Assembly (NCBI GenBank): GCA_965248835.1
Contig: CBDFLJ010000001.1
Span: 1,184,001-1,248,000, forward strand
Direction: 5' to 3'
From: Alphaproteobacteria bacterium
GTDB taxonomy: Bacteria; Pseudomonadota; Alphaproteobacteria; MPNO01
DNA length: 64,000 bases
In this document: positions 29,201-39,183 of the stretch, in pieces
Position numbering within the stretch: the first letter of the stretch is position 1
Layout: every line of letters begins with the position of its first letter
The notes under the pieces: generated by a model
Told to the model about the DNA's origin: nothing
Database searches by the model: none
What the model saw: the letters and a program-made list of their open reading frames with translations, nothing else
Program-made: the position numbers and the translations under genes

Positions 29201-30547
29201 TCAACCCGCCAGGACCACCAGGTCGACCGGGTCGGTGATGCCTTCGATGCGGCGGGCCTCCAGCGCTGCGACGGTCCGGCCGGGCGAAAAGCCCTGGCGG
29301 AGCGCGCGCTCGTAGGTATCCCGGTCGGCGAGCGCGCGGACGCGCTCGGCCTTGGTGTGCTTCTCGAGCTTGGCCGACAGGTTCACCGGCTCGCCGATCA
29401 CGGTGTATTCCAGCCGTGTGTCGTCTCCCACCGCGCCGAAGATGATGCGCCCGGTGGCGACCGCCGCGCCGATCCCCAGCGGGGCAAGGCCGGCGGCCTC
29501 GCGCTCGCGGTTCCAGGATGCGGCCGCGTCCATGATCGCATCGACCGCGCGCAGCGCATCGGCGGCGTAGGTCTCGGTCGGCACCGCCGCGCCGAACGTC
29601 GCCAGGATCCCATCGCCCATGAACTTGTCGATCGCTCCGCCATGGTCCTGGATCAGCGGCACCAGCAGGCGCTGATAGGCAGTCAAGGTGCCGATCAGGA
29701 CGTTCGGCGCGACGGTGTTGGCATAGGTGGTGAAGCCCCTGATGTCGCAGTTCAGGATGGCCGCCTCGCGGACCTGGCCCTGGCCGACTGCCACGGCCTC
29801 CTCGGACGCGGTGATCTGCTGGGCGATTTCCGGCGAGAAGAAGCGCGACAGGTCGGCCACGGCGGTGCCTTCGGCGACCGAGCGCACCAGCAGCCGGCGC
29901 GCGCGGGTGATCGCCACCGCGATGATCGCGGTCACCGTCAGAATCGAGATGATCTTGTCGAATTCGGCCCCGATCAGGATCGCGTTCGTGGTCATGTAGA
30001 GCACGTAGTCCCGCGTGAGGACGCCGGGCTCCTGGCCCGCGTACAAGGCATAGCCGGCCAGCACGGTCCAGCCCAGCGCGGCCACCACGCCGGCGACGAT
30101 CACGAACCGCGCCTCGAACCGCAGCGCGCGCAGCGCGATGAAGATGAACACGTAAAGCGTCGTCGGCGCCTTGAGATAGAACGACGGCGGCTGCATGTAC
30201 TGGATGTGGAAACTCCAGATCAAGCCGAGCAGCAGCAACATGTCGATCACGGTGGAAGCGTAGAGCACCGCGTCGGGCACGGTGCCCCTGTAGGAGAGGG
30301 CCAGGCGCAGCACCGTGAACAGGAAATAGGCGCTCAGCACCCAGGGAACCGGCGCGAACGGCGCATCGGGCGAGAACGTCTTGGGCGAGACCAGGTAGAG
30401 CAGGCCGAAGATCACCACCACGGCGAGCTGAAACCATCCGATCAGCCGCTCGCTCGCATCCTGCTGGTCCGCGATGGTCCGCAGGACCCGGATCGGCAGG
30501 TTGCGGTAGCGGTCGCTGCCGGCCCGTAGGCGCCACCGCGCTATCAC
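29201..30547 (-). CDS. membrane-bound class III adenylate cyclase
   Basis: About 6 TM helices; CDIRGFT, DKFMGDG, EYTVIGEPVN. Confidence 0.9.
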   Translation of the reverse strand: MIARWRLRAGSDRYRNLPIRVLRTIADQQDASERLIGWFQLAVVVIFGLLYLVSPKTFSPDAPFAPVPWVLSAYFLFTVLRLALSYRGTVPDAVLYASTVIDMLLLLGLIWSFHIQYMQPPSFYLKAPTTLYVFIFIALRALRFEARFVIVAGVVAALGWTVLAGYALYAGQEPGVLTRDYVLYMTTNAILIGAEFDKIISILTVTAIIAVAITRARRLLVRSVAEGTAVADLSRFFSPEIAQQITASEEAVAVGQGQVREAAILNCDIRGFTTYANTVAPNVLIGTLTAYQRLLVPLIQDHGGAIDKFMGDGILATFGAAVPTETYAADALRAVDAIMDAAASWNREREAAGLAPLGIGAAVATGRIIFGAVGDDTRLEYTVIGEPVNLSAKLEKHTKAERVRALADRDTYERALRQGFSPGRTVAALEARRIEGITDPVDLVVLAG

Positions 30548-31440
30548 GTCGTGCCTCCGGGGACCGCAGCAATCCGCTTGCGCAGCCAGAGGCTCGATTC
30601 GACCGCGCCGTCGACGACCGGCAGCCAGTCCAGCACGGTCCCGGCAAGCGCATCTGCCATGCGGGTCAGCGCGTAATGGCTGGCGAAGACGATCTCGGCC
30701 GCGCCGGAGGCGATCAGCGGCGCGATCGCAAGCTGCTCGTTATAGCCGCGCCAGCTCCACGAAGCGGGGTAGCCGTCGGGCAAGAAGACATCGTGAAAAT
30801 GGACCAGCACGCCCGCGGGCAGGCGCGGCCAGATGCGGTTGATAAGGACATCCACGTCGCTTCCGGGAACCAGCAAATGGCTCGAATCGACGCTCAGCAC
30901 GTCGCCTGGGGCGAGCATCAGGCGCTCTTCGGCGACATTCTGGACCGTCATGCGCAGGAACTCGACGCCCAGCCCCTCGATGACCGCCCTGGGTTGCGGA
31001 TCGATCGCGGTTATCGCCGTCTGGCGGCCGGAATCGGCCGCGGCGGCGGCGAAGAACCGGGTCGAATGGCCGGACCCGACCTCGAGGATGCGCCCCGGGG
31101 CATGCGTGCGCACGATCGCATAGGCCGCCGCGGCGTCGAGCCGGGGAAACCAGCCCTGGGTCCAGCGCGGCGCCGGCGCCGCGCCGCCGCCGAGCGCAGC
31201 CAGGCTGTCGGCGTGGTCCTCGATCCGGGCGATGACCCGCATGATTTCCGGGCGCGCGGCGGCGAAACAGGGCTCGAGCGCCGGATACCCGTCGCGGTCG
31301 GAACCGTGCTGAAGGCTCGCGGCGTAGCGGTAAGGCAGAAAGAAGCCGCGCCGGGCGATGCCGGTGACTGTGCCCAGCCCCATCAGCATCGCCCTGACCC
31401 GCTTGGTCAGAGCCGGCGGCCGGGCGGTGCCGGGCCTCAC
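30544..31440 (-). CDS. class I SAM-dependent methyltransferase (Methyltransf_24-like)
   Basis: ILEVGSGHST, VDSSH, VHFHDVFLP, YNEQ; GTGA overlap start at 31440 (alternative ATG 31389). Confidence 0.82.
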   Translation of the reverse strand: MRPGTARPPALTKRVRAMLMGLGTVTGIARRGFFLPYRYAASLQHGSDRDGYPALEPCFAAARPEIMRVIARIEDHADSLAALGGGAAPAPRWTQGWFPRLDAAAAYAIVRTHAPGRILEVGSGHSTRFFAAAAADSGRQTAITAIDPQPRAVIEGLGVEFLRMTVQNVAEERLMLAPGDVLSVDSSHLLVPGSDVDVLINRIWPRLPAGVLVHFHDVFLPDGYPASWSWRGYNEQLAIAPLIASGAAEIVFASHYALTRMADALAGTVLDWLPVVDGAVESSLWLRKRIAAVPGGTT

Positions 31441-32270
31441 GGCACGAGGGTCTCGCCCTCCCGGGCGACCACGGCACCGGGATGAGCCCGCGCGGCGGCG
31501 TCCGCGATGGCGTCCAACGCCCGGTCGTCGCGCGAGGGCAGGTGGTGGAAGATCACCGGCACCCGGACATTGGCGGCCTTGCACAGCCTCAAACATTCTT
31601 CCCACGTCGAGTGACCCCAATCATGGAATTGGCGGAACTCCTCGTCGGTGAACATCGCATCGTAGATCACGATGTCGGCATCGGCGATCAGGTCCAAGAT
31701 GTCCCGGTTCGGCGCGCGCGCGACATGCTGGGTGTCGGTGACATAGCAGACCGCCTTGCCGTTGCACTCCACGCGGTAGCCGGTCGCCCGGTCGGGGTGG
31801 TCGAGCGCGGCGGTCCTGATCACCACGCCGTCGAAGGGCAGCAGGACCTCGCCGGCGCTGAAGTCGCGGAACGTGATATCCGCCGACATGATATCGAGCG
31901 GCACCGGGAAGAGGGGCGGTGTCATCAAGGCGCGCATCACTTCTTCGATGGTGTGCTCGGGCCGCAGGTGGCCGGCCCAGATCTGCAGCTTCTTCTTCGA
32001 TTCGTAAGCGAACCGGAAGAACGGAAACCCGACGATATGGTCGACATGGGTGTGCGACAGGAACAAATCGACCTCGCGGTCGCCCTGGCCGCACAGCGCC
32101 TCGCCAAGCTCGCGGATGCCGGTGCCGGCGTCGAACACCAAGCTGCGGCCGCCGCAGCGCACCTCCACGCAAGAGGTGTTGCCGCCGTATTTTACGGTGT
32201 CCGGCCCGGGCGCGGCGATGCTGCCCCTGACGCCCCAGAAACGGACTGTTGGCTCGGCACTGTCGGCCAC
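31437..32270 (-). CDS. MBL-fold metallo-hydrolase, putative cyclic nucleotide phosphodiesterase
   Basis: WGVRGS, GGNTSC, DAGTG, HTHVDH (HxHxDH), WGHS, FHH. Confidence 0.85.
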   Translation of the reverse strand: MADSAEPTVRFWGVRGSIAAPGPDTVKYGGNTSCVEVRCGGRSLVFDAGTGIRELGEALCGQGDREVDLFLSHTHVDHIVGFPFFRFAYESKKKLQIWAGHLRPEHTIEEVMRALMTPPLFPVPLDIMSADITFRDFSAGEVLLPFDGVVIRTAALDHPDRATGYRVECNGKAVCYVTDTQHVARAPNRDILDLIADADIVIYDAMFTDEEFRQFHDWGHSTWEECLRLCKAANVRVPVIFHHLPSRDDRALDAIADAAARAHPGAVVAREGETLVP

Positions 32271-32378
32271 GCGGTCTCCTGTTCCGGTTGATTATGGGCA
32301 TCGCCGGGCGGCAACGGTAGTCTGGATCGCGATCGAGGCCAAGAAAATGCCGCATCGGCGGCGCTACGGAGGTGTGCG

Positions 32379-33137
32379 ATGGATCTGGAGCTTTCGGGCA
32401 AAATTGCCTGGATTGTCGGCGCGACTGGCGCGATCGGCCAGGTGATCGCGGCGGGGTTCGCGGCGGAGGGCGCGCGCCTCGCCTTGACTTCGCGCCGGGG
32501 CCGCGCGGTCGCCGAGGCCGCGGCGGCGCTTCGCGCGAAGGGAGCGGAGGTGCTCGAGGCCCCGGCCGACGCCAGCGACGCGGCGCAGACGCGCGAAGCG
32601 GCCGGCCGCATCGCCGAGACCTACGGCCGGCTCGACGTGCTGGTCACCTCGGTCACGGTGCCGGCGTTCGGCCCGTTCCTGGAGATCACCGCTTCGGTCT
32701 TCCAGGACGCAATGGCGGCCAAGCTGCTCGGATCGGTCAACTGCATGCAGGCGGCGATCCCGCCGATGCGCGCGGCCGGGGGCGGCAGCATCGTCTGCGT
32801 AACCGGCACCGGGGGCAAGATGCCGATCGCCATCCATCTGCCGGGCGGCAGCGTCAACGCCGCGCTCAACCTGGTCATCCGCGGGCTGGCGACCGAGTTC
32901 GGCCCGGACGGCATCCGCGTCAATGCGGTCTCGCCCGGCCCGGTGCGCTCGCCGCGCCAGGACGTCATGCAGGCCGCCGGCGCGGCGAAGGACAGCCCGG
33001 CCGCCAGGATCCCGCTCAGGCGGTTCGGCGAGATCGACGAGGTGGCCGATTCGGTGCTGTTCCTGGCCTCGGCCCGGGCGCGCTACATCACCGGCAACAT
33101 TCTCCAGGTCGACGGCGGAGGGGTGCTCACGCTCTGA
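32379..33137 (+). CDS. atypical SDR family oxidoreductase
   Basis: GATGAIG Rossmann motif, IRVNAVSPG, ITG....VDGG; lacks YxxxK. Confidence 0.85.
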   Translation: MDLELSGKIAWIVGATGAIGQVIAAGFAAEGARLALTSRRGRAVAEAAAALRAKGAEVLEAPADASDAAQTREAAGRIAETYGRLDVLVTSVTVPAFGPFLEITASVFQDAMAAKLLGSVNCMQAAIPPMRAAGGGSIVCVTGTGGKMPIAIHLPGGSVNAALNLVIRGLATEFGPDGIRVNAVSPGPVRSPRQDVMQAAGAAKDSPAARIPLRRFGEIDEVADSVLFLASARARYITGNILQVDGGGVLTL

Positions 33138-33156
33138 GCCGCCCCGGCGCGGCGGC

Positions 33157-33849
33157 TCACGGCACCAGGCGGTAGCCGCCGGCCTCGGTCAACAGGATCT
33201 CGGCGTTCGACGGGTCGCGCTCGATCTTCTGGCGCAGCCGGTAGACATGGGTCTCCAGCGTGTGGGTGGTCACGCCGGAGTTGTAGCCCCAGACCTCGTT
33301 CAGCAGCACGTCGCGGCCGATCGCCGCCTGGCCGGCGCGGAACAGGAACTTGAGGACCGCGGCTTCCTTCTCGGTCAGCCGGATCTTGCGGTCGGTCTCG
33401 CTATCGATCAGCAGCTTCGCGCCCGGGCGGAACGAATAGGGCCCGATCGCGAAGACCGCATCCTCGCTGCGCTCGTGCTGGCGGAACTGGGCGCGGATCC
33501 GGGCCAGCAGCACGCCGAGCCGGAACGGCTTGACCACGTAGTCGTTGGCGCCCGAATCGAGGCCCAGGATGGTATCGGCCTCGCTGCCGGCGCCGGTCAG
33601 CATGATGATCGGCGCGCGCACGCCGGCCCGGCGCAGCAGCCGGCAGACCTCCCGGCCGTCGATGTCGGGCAGCCCGACATCGAGGATGATCAGGTCGAAA
33701 TGGTCCGACTTGCCGATTTCCAGCGCACCGGCACCGCTTTCGGCGGTCGTGGTCTCGAACTCCTCGTGGAGCCGGAGCTGGTCGCTCAGGGACTGGCGCA
33801 GGGCGTCGTCGTCGTCGACAAGGAGGATCTTCTTCCCGAGCGTCGCCAT
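33157..33849 (-). CDS. OmpR-family response regulator (orphan)
   Basis: LVDDD, LDVGLPD, DYVVKPF, winged helix TLETHVYRLRQK. Confidence 0.92.
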   Translation of the reverse strand: MATLGKKILLVDDDDALRQSLSDQLRLHEEFETTTAESGAGALEIGKSDHFDLIILDVGLPDIDGREVCRLLRRAGVRAPIIMLTGAGSEADTILGLDSGANDYVVKPFRLGVLLARIRAQFRQHERSEDAVFAIGPYSFRPGAKLLIDSETDRKIRLTEKEAAVLKFLFRAGQAAIGRDVLLNEVWGYNSGVTTHTLETHVYRLRQKIERDPSNAEILLTEAGGYRLVP

Positions 33850-34004
33850 GTTCGCGGCCGCCTTTCGTGGGTTCGCGCTGTCGACGCGGCGGTTGCACCG
33901 CGACAGTCAACCGCTCCGCCGGCGCGCGCGAGCGTACCCCAGCGCGGTGGCGATGTCACACCGGCCGGGCTGTCGCCGGCGGGCAGCCGGCGTTATAAGC
34001 CGCC

Positions 34005-34520
34005 ATGGAACTAGTGGTCCGGGCCGACCGGCGGGCGTGCTGGGGCGGGCTCGAATTGGCGTGTGCGATCGGGCGCAACGGCATCGGCGAGGCCAAGCGC
34101 GAGGGCGACGGCCTGACGCCCGCGGGCAGCTATGCGCTGCGGCGCGTGCTCTACCGCCCCGACCGGACGGATCGGCCGGCAACGGTGCTGCCGTGCGATC
34201 CGATCGCGCCGGCCGACGGCTGGTGCGACGCCCCGGGCGATCCGCGCTACAACCGGGCGGTTACGCTGCCCTATGCCGCTTCGGCCGAAAGTCTGTGGCG
34301 GCAGGATCGCCGCTATGACCTGCTCGCGGTCATCGGCCACAACGACGACCCGGTGGTCGACTTCATGGGCAGCGCGATCTTCCTGCACGCGGCGGGCGCG
34401 GATTACCCGCCGACCGAGGGCTGCGTGGCCTTGTCGATCGAAGACCTCGCAACGGTGCTCGGCCAGTGGCGGCCCGAAGACCGGATCGTCATCGTCCCGT
34501 TCCGGCGCCTTGCCGGCTGA
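34005..34520 (+). CDS. L,D-transpeptidase (YkuD-like) family protein
   Basis: KREGDG.TP.G, GSAIFLH, TEGCVAL. Confidence 0.85.
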   Translation: MELVVRADRRACWGGLELACAIGRNGIGEAKREGDGLTPAGSYALRRVLYRPDRTDRPATVLPCDPIAPADGWCDAPGDPRYNRAVTLPYAASAESLWRQDRRYDLLAVIGHNDDPVVDFMGSAIFLHAAGADYPPTEGCVALSIEDLATVLGQWRPEDRIVIVPFRRLAG

Positions 34521-34554
34521 AGCCGGGCCGGCCGGCGCCGCCGCCCGGCGCCGC

Positions 34555-35244
34555 TCAACCCGATGATGCCCGAGGACCGAAGATCGCGGTGCCGAGGCGG
34601 ATGAGGGTCGCGCCCAACCCGATCGCGGTCTCGAAGTCGGCCGACATCCCCATGCTGAGCGTCTCCAGGCCGTTGCGCCGGGCGATCTCGGCGAGCAGCG
34701 CGAAATGCAGCGCCGGCTCGTCATCGACCGGCGGCACGCACATCAAGCCGCCGATCGGCAGGGCGTATTCCCGCCGGCAGGCATCGATGAACCGGTCCGC
34801 CTCGCCCGGGTCGACGCCCGCCTTCTGCGGCTCGGCGCCGGTATTGACCTGGACGAGGCAGGGCGGCCGCCGCCCGGTCCGGTCCATCTCGCGGGCCAGC
34901 GCGGCGGCGAGCTTCGGCCGGTCGACCGTCTCGATGACATCGAACAGGGCGAGGGCCTGGCGCACTTTGTTGGTCTGCAGCGTGCCGATCAGGTGCAGGG
35001 CCAGGCCGGGCGTCCGCTCACGCAGTGCCGGCCACTTCGCCTGGGCCTCCTGAACCCGGTTTTCGCCGAACAGAAGTTGGCCGGCGACGATCGCCGCCGC
35101 CGGCGCCGCGGCCGGGTGGGCCTTGGAGACCGCGACCAGCGCGACCGATCCCGGCGCGCGGCCGGCTTCCCGGGCGCGGCCATCGATGCGCGCGCGAAGG
35201 GCGGCCAGGTTGGCCGCGATGCCGGCCGGATCCACTTCGGTCAT
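34555..35244 (-). CDS. yggS: PLP homeostasis protein YggS
   Basis: LVAVSK, FGENRVQE, IG.LQTNK, LSMGMSADF, R.GTAIFG. Confidence 0.92.
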   Translation of the reverse strand: MTEVDPAGIAANLAALRARIDGRAREAGRAPGSVALVAVSKAHPAAAPAAAIVAGQLLFGENRVQEAQAKWPALRERTPGLALHLIGTLQTNKVRQALALFDVIETVDRPKLAAALAREMDRTGRRPPCLVQVNTGAEPQKAGVDPGEADRFIDACRREYALPIGGLMCVPPVDDEPALHFALLAEIARRNGLETLSMGMSADFETAIGLGATLIRLGTAIFGPRASSG

Positions 35245-35391
35245 CACGAGTCTCCGCAAGCCGGGAGATATAGCACGGATTGCGCATTGTCCGCCTCTGC
35301 GGCGGCGCACGACGTGCCGGCGACACCCCTGCCGCAAGGCCCGCGTCTCCTTATCCGTCCGAACCATCTTTGTCTGAACGAGTTCAATCCG

Positions 35392-35420
35392 TTGTGCGGA
35401 AACAACCTGCTATCTATAAT
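35392..35420 (+). promoter_or_regulatory. sigma70-type promoter for the DUF3576-leuS operon
   Basis: TTGTGC (35392-35397), 17-nt spacer, TATAAT (35415-35420). Confidence 0.6.
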
Positions 35421-35475
35421 CCGGCGCCCGGCGCACTCCGTCCCGGTTCGCGGGCTTCAATCGCAGGAGCAGGCA

Positions 35476-36042
35476 ATGGCGTGGTCGCACTTCGGCAATT
35501 CCGGGCCGGTCCTCGGCGGCCTCGTGGCGCTCGCCATTCTCGCCGGCTGCGACGGCCGCGGCTTCGAGCAGGACTACGTCGTACCGGGGAAAAGCAGCCG
35601 CGACGCGCCGCGCTACTCCAGCGAGAAGCAGGAGGATTCGGTCTTCGGCGAGGGCGGCTTCAATTTCCTCAACGCCTTCTCCGGCGACAGGGCGTCGCCC
35701 GGCACCGGCGCGGGGATCGGCGTCAACAGCTTCCTGTGGCGCGCATCGCTGGATACGATCTCCTTCATGCCGCTGAGCTCGGCCGATCCGTTCGGCGGGG
35801 TGATCATCACCGACTGGTACGCGCCGCCCGAAACGCCGGCCGAGCGGTTCAAGATGAGCGTTTATATCCTCGGCCGCGAGCTCCGCGCCGACGGCATCCG
35901 GGTGGCCGTCTTCCGCCAGGCGAAAGACGGCGCCGGCCAATGGGTCGATGCCAAGATCGGGGCCGACACCCCGGTCAATCTCGAGAACCAGATCCTGACC
36001 CGCGCGCGTCAGCTCCGGGTCGCTTCCGCGACCGCAAGGTAA
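35476..36042 (+). CDS. DUF3576 lipoprotein
   Basis: LAGC lipobox; [30 protein letters not shown]; upstream of leuS. Confidence 0.88.
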   Translation: MAWSHFGNSGPVLGGLVALAILAGCDGRGFEQDYVVPGKSSRDAPRYSSEKQEDSVFGEGGFNFLNAFSGDRASPGTGAGIGVNSFLWRASLDTISFMPLSSADPFGGVIITDWYAPPETPAERFKMSVYILGRELRADGIRVAVFRQAKDGAGQWVDAKIGADTPVNLENQILTRARQLRVASATAR

Positions 36043-36089
36043 GCCGCGCAGGGCGTCGCGGCACGGCGGCGCCCCTGACAGGAGCCTCC

Positions 36090-38675
36090 ATGGCCGGCAC
36101 GCCGTCCAAGCGTTACAACGCCAAGGAAAACGAGGCCCGGTGGCAGGCCGTGTGGGACGAACGGGCGAGCTTTGCCGTCGTCGCCGATCCGGCCAAGCCC
36201 AAATACTACGTCCTGGAGATGTTCCCCTACCCCTCGGGGCGGATTCACATGGGGCATGTCCGCAACTATACGATGGGCGACGTGGTCGCGCGCTACAAAC
36301 GCGCGCGGGGCTACAACGTGCTCCATCCGATGGGCTGGGACGCCTTCGGCATGCCGGCGGAGAACGCCGCGATGGAGCAGAAGGTCCACCCGGCACAGTG
36401 GACCCGCGAGAACATCGCCACCATGCGCGCCCAGCTCAAGCTGATGGGGCTGTCGATCGACTGGAGCCGCGAGATCGCGACCTGCGATGCGGCGTACTAC
36501 CGCCACCAGCAGCATATGTTCCTCGACTTCTTCGAGTCGGGCCTGCTCTACCGGCGCAGCGGCTGGGTGAACTGGGATCCGGTCGACCAGACGGTGCTGG
36601 CCAACGAGCAGGTGATCGAAGGGCGGGGCTGGCGGTCCGGCGCACCGGTCGAGAAGCGCGAGATGCCGCAATGGTTCCTGCGGATCACCGACTTCGCCGA
36701 GCCGCTGCTGTCCGCGCTGGACGGGCTCGGGCGCTGGCCGGAGAAGGTCCGGCTGATGCAGGAGAACTGGATCGGCCGGTCGGTCGGGCTCAGGATGACG
36801 TTTGAGATCGCCGGGCGCAGCGAAGGTCTGGAGATCTACACCACGCGCCACGATACGATCTTCGGCGCGAGCTTCTGCGCGGTATCGCCGGAACACGCAC
36901 TCGCCGCGGCACTCGCTGCCGACAGCCCGGAGATCGCCGCGTTCATCGAGGACTGCCGGCGCACCGGCACGTCGGAGGCGGCGCTGGAGAAGGCGGAGAA
37001 GCGCGGCGTGGACACCGGCCTGCGCGCGCGCCACCCGTTCCGGCCCGACGTGCTGCTGCCGATCTTCGTCGCCAATTTCGTGCTGATGGAGTACGGCACC
37101 GGAGCGATTTTCGGCTGCCCGGCGCACGACCAGCGCGACCTCGAATTCGCCCGCAAATACGCGCTGCCGGTCCTGCCGGTGGTCGTCCCGGAGGATGCCG
37201 ATCCGGCCGCCTTTGCGGTGGGCGGGGAAGCCTATACCGGCGACGGCAGGCTTGCGAACTCCGCCTTCATCGACGGGCTGTCCGTCGATGAAGCCAAGGC
37301 CGAGATCGCCCGGCGCATGGAGGCGGCCGGGACCGGCCGGCCGGAGGTGAATTTCCGGCTGCGCGACTGGGGCGTCTCGCGGCAGCGCTATTGGGGCTGT
37401 CCGATTCCGATCATCCACTGCCCGACGTGCGGGATGGTGCCGGTCGACCGGGCGGACCTGCCGGTGAAGCTGCCGGAGGACGTCGAATTCGACACGCCCG
37501 GCAATCCGCTCGACCGGCACGCGGGATGGCGCGAGGTGCCCTGCCCGTCTTGCGGCGCCGCCGCCGTCCGCGAGACCAGCACGCTCGATACCTTCGTCGA
37601 TTCCTCGTGGTATTTCGCACGGTTCTGCTCGCCCCGAGCGGACCGGCCGGTCGATCCGGACGAGGCGACCTATTGGCTTCCGGTCGACCAGTATATCGGC
37701 GGGGTCGAGCACGCGATCCTGCACCTGCTCTATGCGCGCTTCTTCACTCGGGCGATGGCCGGGCACGGCCATCTGGGGATCGAGGAGCCGTTCCTGGGCC
37801 TGTTCACCCAGGGCATGGTCTGCCACGAGACCTATCGCACCGATGCCGGCGAATGGGTGATGCCGGTCGAGGTCGGGCAGGACCCCGACAGGCGGCCGTA
37901 TCGTCTCGCCACCGGCGAGCCGGTCACCGCCGGTCGGTCGGAGAAGATGAGCAAATCCAGAAAGAACGTGGTCGATCCCGAAGACATCATGGACACCTAC
38001 GGCGCCGATACCGCGCGCTGGTTCATGCTGTCCGACAGCCCGCCCGACCGCGACCTCGAATGGACAGAGGCCGGCATCGCCGGCGCCTGGCGGTTCGTCA
38101 ACCGCCTGTGGCGGCTGGTCACCGACCCGGACCGGGCGCTCGGCCCGGCCGGCGCGGCCATGCCGGGCGGCGGCGGCGGCCGGCCGGATCTGCTGGCGAT
38201 CCGGCGCGGTGTCCACAAGGCGATCGACCAGGTCACCGGCGATCTCGAGACCTTCCGGTTCAACCGGTCGGTCGCGCGGATCCACGAACTGGTCAATCTC
38301 CTGGCCGAGTTCGATGCCGCCGACGAGGAAGCCGCCTGGGTCCGGCGCGAGGCCTATGAGGCGATCATCCGGCTCGCCGGGCCGATGATGCCCCACCTCG
38401 CAGAGGCCTTGTGGGAACATATCGGATTCGAAACGTTATTGGCGGATGCGGCCTGGCCGGTGGCCGATCCCGCGCTGGTGGTCGACGACATCGTTACCAT
38501 GGCGGTACAAGTCAAGGGCAAGACGCGCGGAACCGTCGAGTTGCCGCGGAACGCGCCGCAGGGCGATGCCGAGGCCGCCGCGCTCGCGCTGCCGACGGTG
38601 GTCGCCGCGATCGGCGGCCGGCCGATTCGAAAGATCGTCTTCGTGCCCAACAGGATCGTCAATGTCGTGGCCTGA
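36090..38675 (+). CDS. leuS: leucine--tRNA ligase
   Basis: [28 protein letters not shown]; RBS AGGAG. Confidence 0.97.
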   Translation: MAGTPSKRYNAKENEARWQAVWDERASFAVVADPAKPKYYVLEMFPYPSGRIHMGHVRNYTMGDVVARYKRARGYNVLHPMGWDAFGMPAENAAMEQKVHPAQWTRENIATMRAQLKLMGLSIDWSREIATCDAAYYRHQQHMFLDFFESGLLYRRSGWVNWDPVDQTVLANEQVIEGRGWRSGAPVEKREMPQWFLRITDFAEPLLSALDGLGRWPEKVRLMQENWIGRSVGLRMTFEIAGRSEGLEIYTTRHDTIFGASFCAVSPEHALAAALAADSPEIAAFIEDCRRTGTSEAALEKAEKRGVDTGLRARHPFRPDVLLPIFVANFVLMEYGTGAIFGCPAHDQRDLEFARKYALPVLPVVVPEDADPAAFAVGGEAYTGDGRLANSAFIDGLSVDEAKAEIARRMEAAGTGRPEVNFRLRDWGVSRQRYWGCPIPIIHCPTCGMVPVDRADLPVKLPEDVEFDTPGNPLDRHAGWREVPCPSCGAAAVRETSTLDTFVDSSWYFARFCSPRADRPVDPDEATYWLPVDQYIGGVEHAILHLLYARFFTRAMAGHGHLGIEEPFLGLFTQGMVCHETYRTDAGEWVMPVEVGQDPDRRPYRLATGEPVTAGRSEKMSKSRKNVVDPEDIMDTYGADTARWFMLSDSPPDRDLEWTEAGIAGAWRFVNRLWRLVTDPDRALGPAGAAMPGGGGGRPDLLAIRRGVHKAIDQVTGDLETFRFNRSVARIHELVNLLAEFDAADEEAAWVRREAYEAIIRLAGPMMPHLAEALWEHIGFETLLADAAWPVADPALVVDDIVTMAVQVKGKTRGTVELPRNAPQGDAEAAALALPTVVAAIGGRPIRKIVFVPNRIVNVVA

Positions 38676-39183
38676 CCCGACCGGACGCCGCCGCATCGCG
38701 CGGCCCTGGGCCGCGGTCGCGCTGGCCTTGACCGCAGCCGGCTGCGGCTTCTCGCCGCTTTACGGCGAGCGGGGGGCGGTCGCGGACGCGCTCGCCCAGG
38801 TGCGCATCGCGCAGATCGCCGACCGGACCGGCCAGCAACTCCGCAACCATCTGCTGCTGCGCCTCAGCCCGCGCGGCCAGCCCAACAACCCAGCCTATGT
38901 CCTCAAGGTCAGGCTGGTCGAGACCGGGCGCGCGCTCGGCGTCCGGCGCGACGATGTCGCGACCCGGGCGAACCTCGAGATCGACGCGGCCTACGTGCTG
39001 GAACGCGCCGGCGACGGCAAGGCCCTGATCAGCAGCAGCGTCTCCTCGACCACCAGCTACAACATCCTGGACTCCGAGTTCGGGACGCTGAAGGCGGAGG
39101 CCAATGCCCGCGCACGTGCGGTGCACGACCTGTCCGACGCGCTGACCACGCGGCTTGCGGTCTATTTGCGCGGCACGCGATGA
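38662..39183 (+). CDS. lptE: LPS assembly lipoprotein LptE
   Basis: AGCGF.PLY lipobox; leuS-lptE-holA synteny. Confidence 0.85.
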   Translation: MSWPDPTGRRRIARPWAAVALALTAAGCGFSPLYGERGAVADALAQVRIAQIADRTGQQLRNHLLLRLSPRGQPNNPAYVLKVRLVETGRALGVRRDDVATRANLEIDAAYVLERAGDGKALISSSVSSTTSYNILDSEFGTLKAEANARARAVHDLSDALTTRLAVYLRGTR

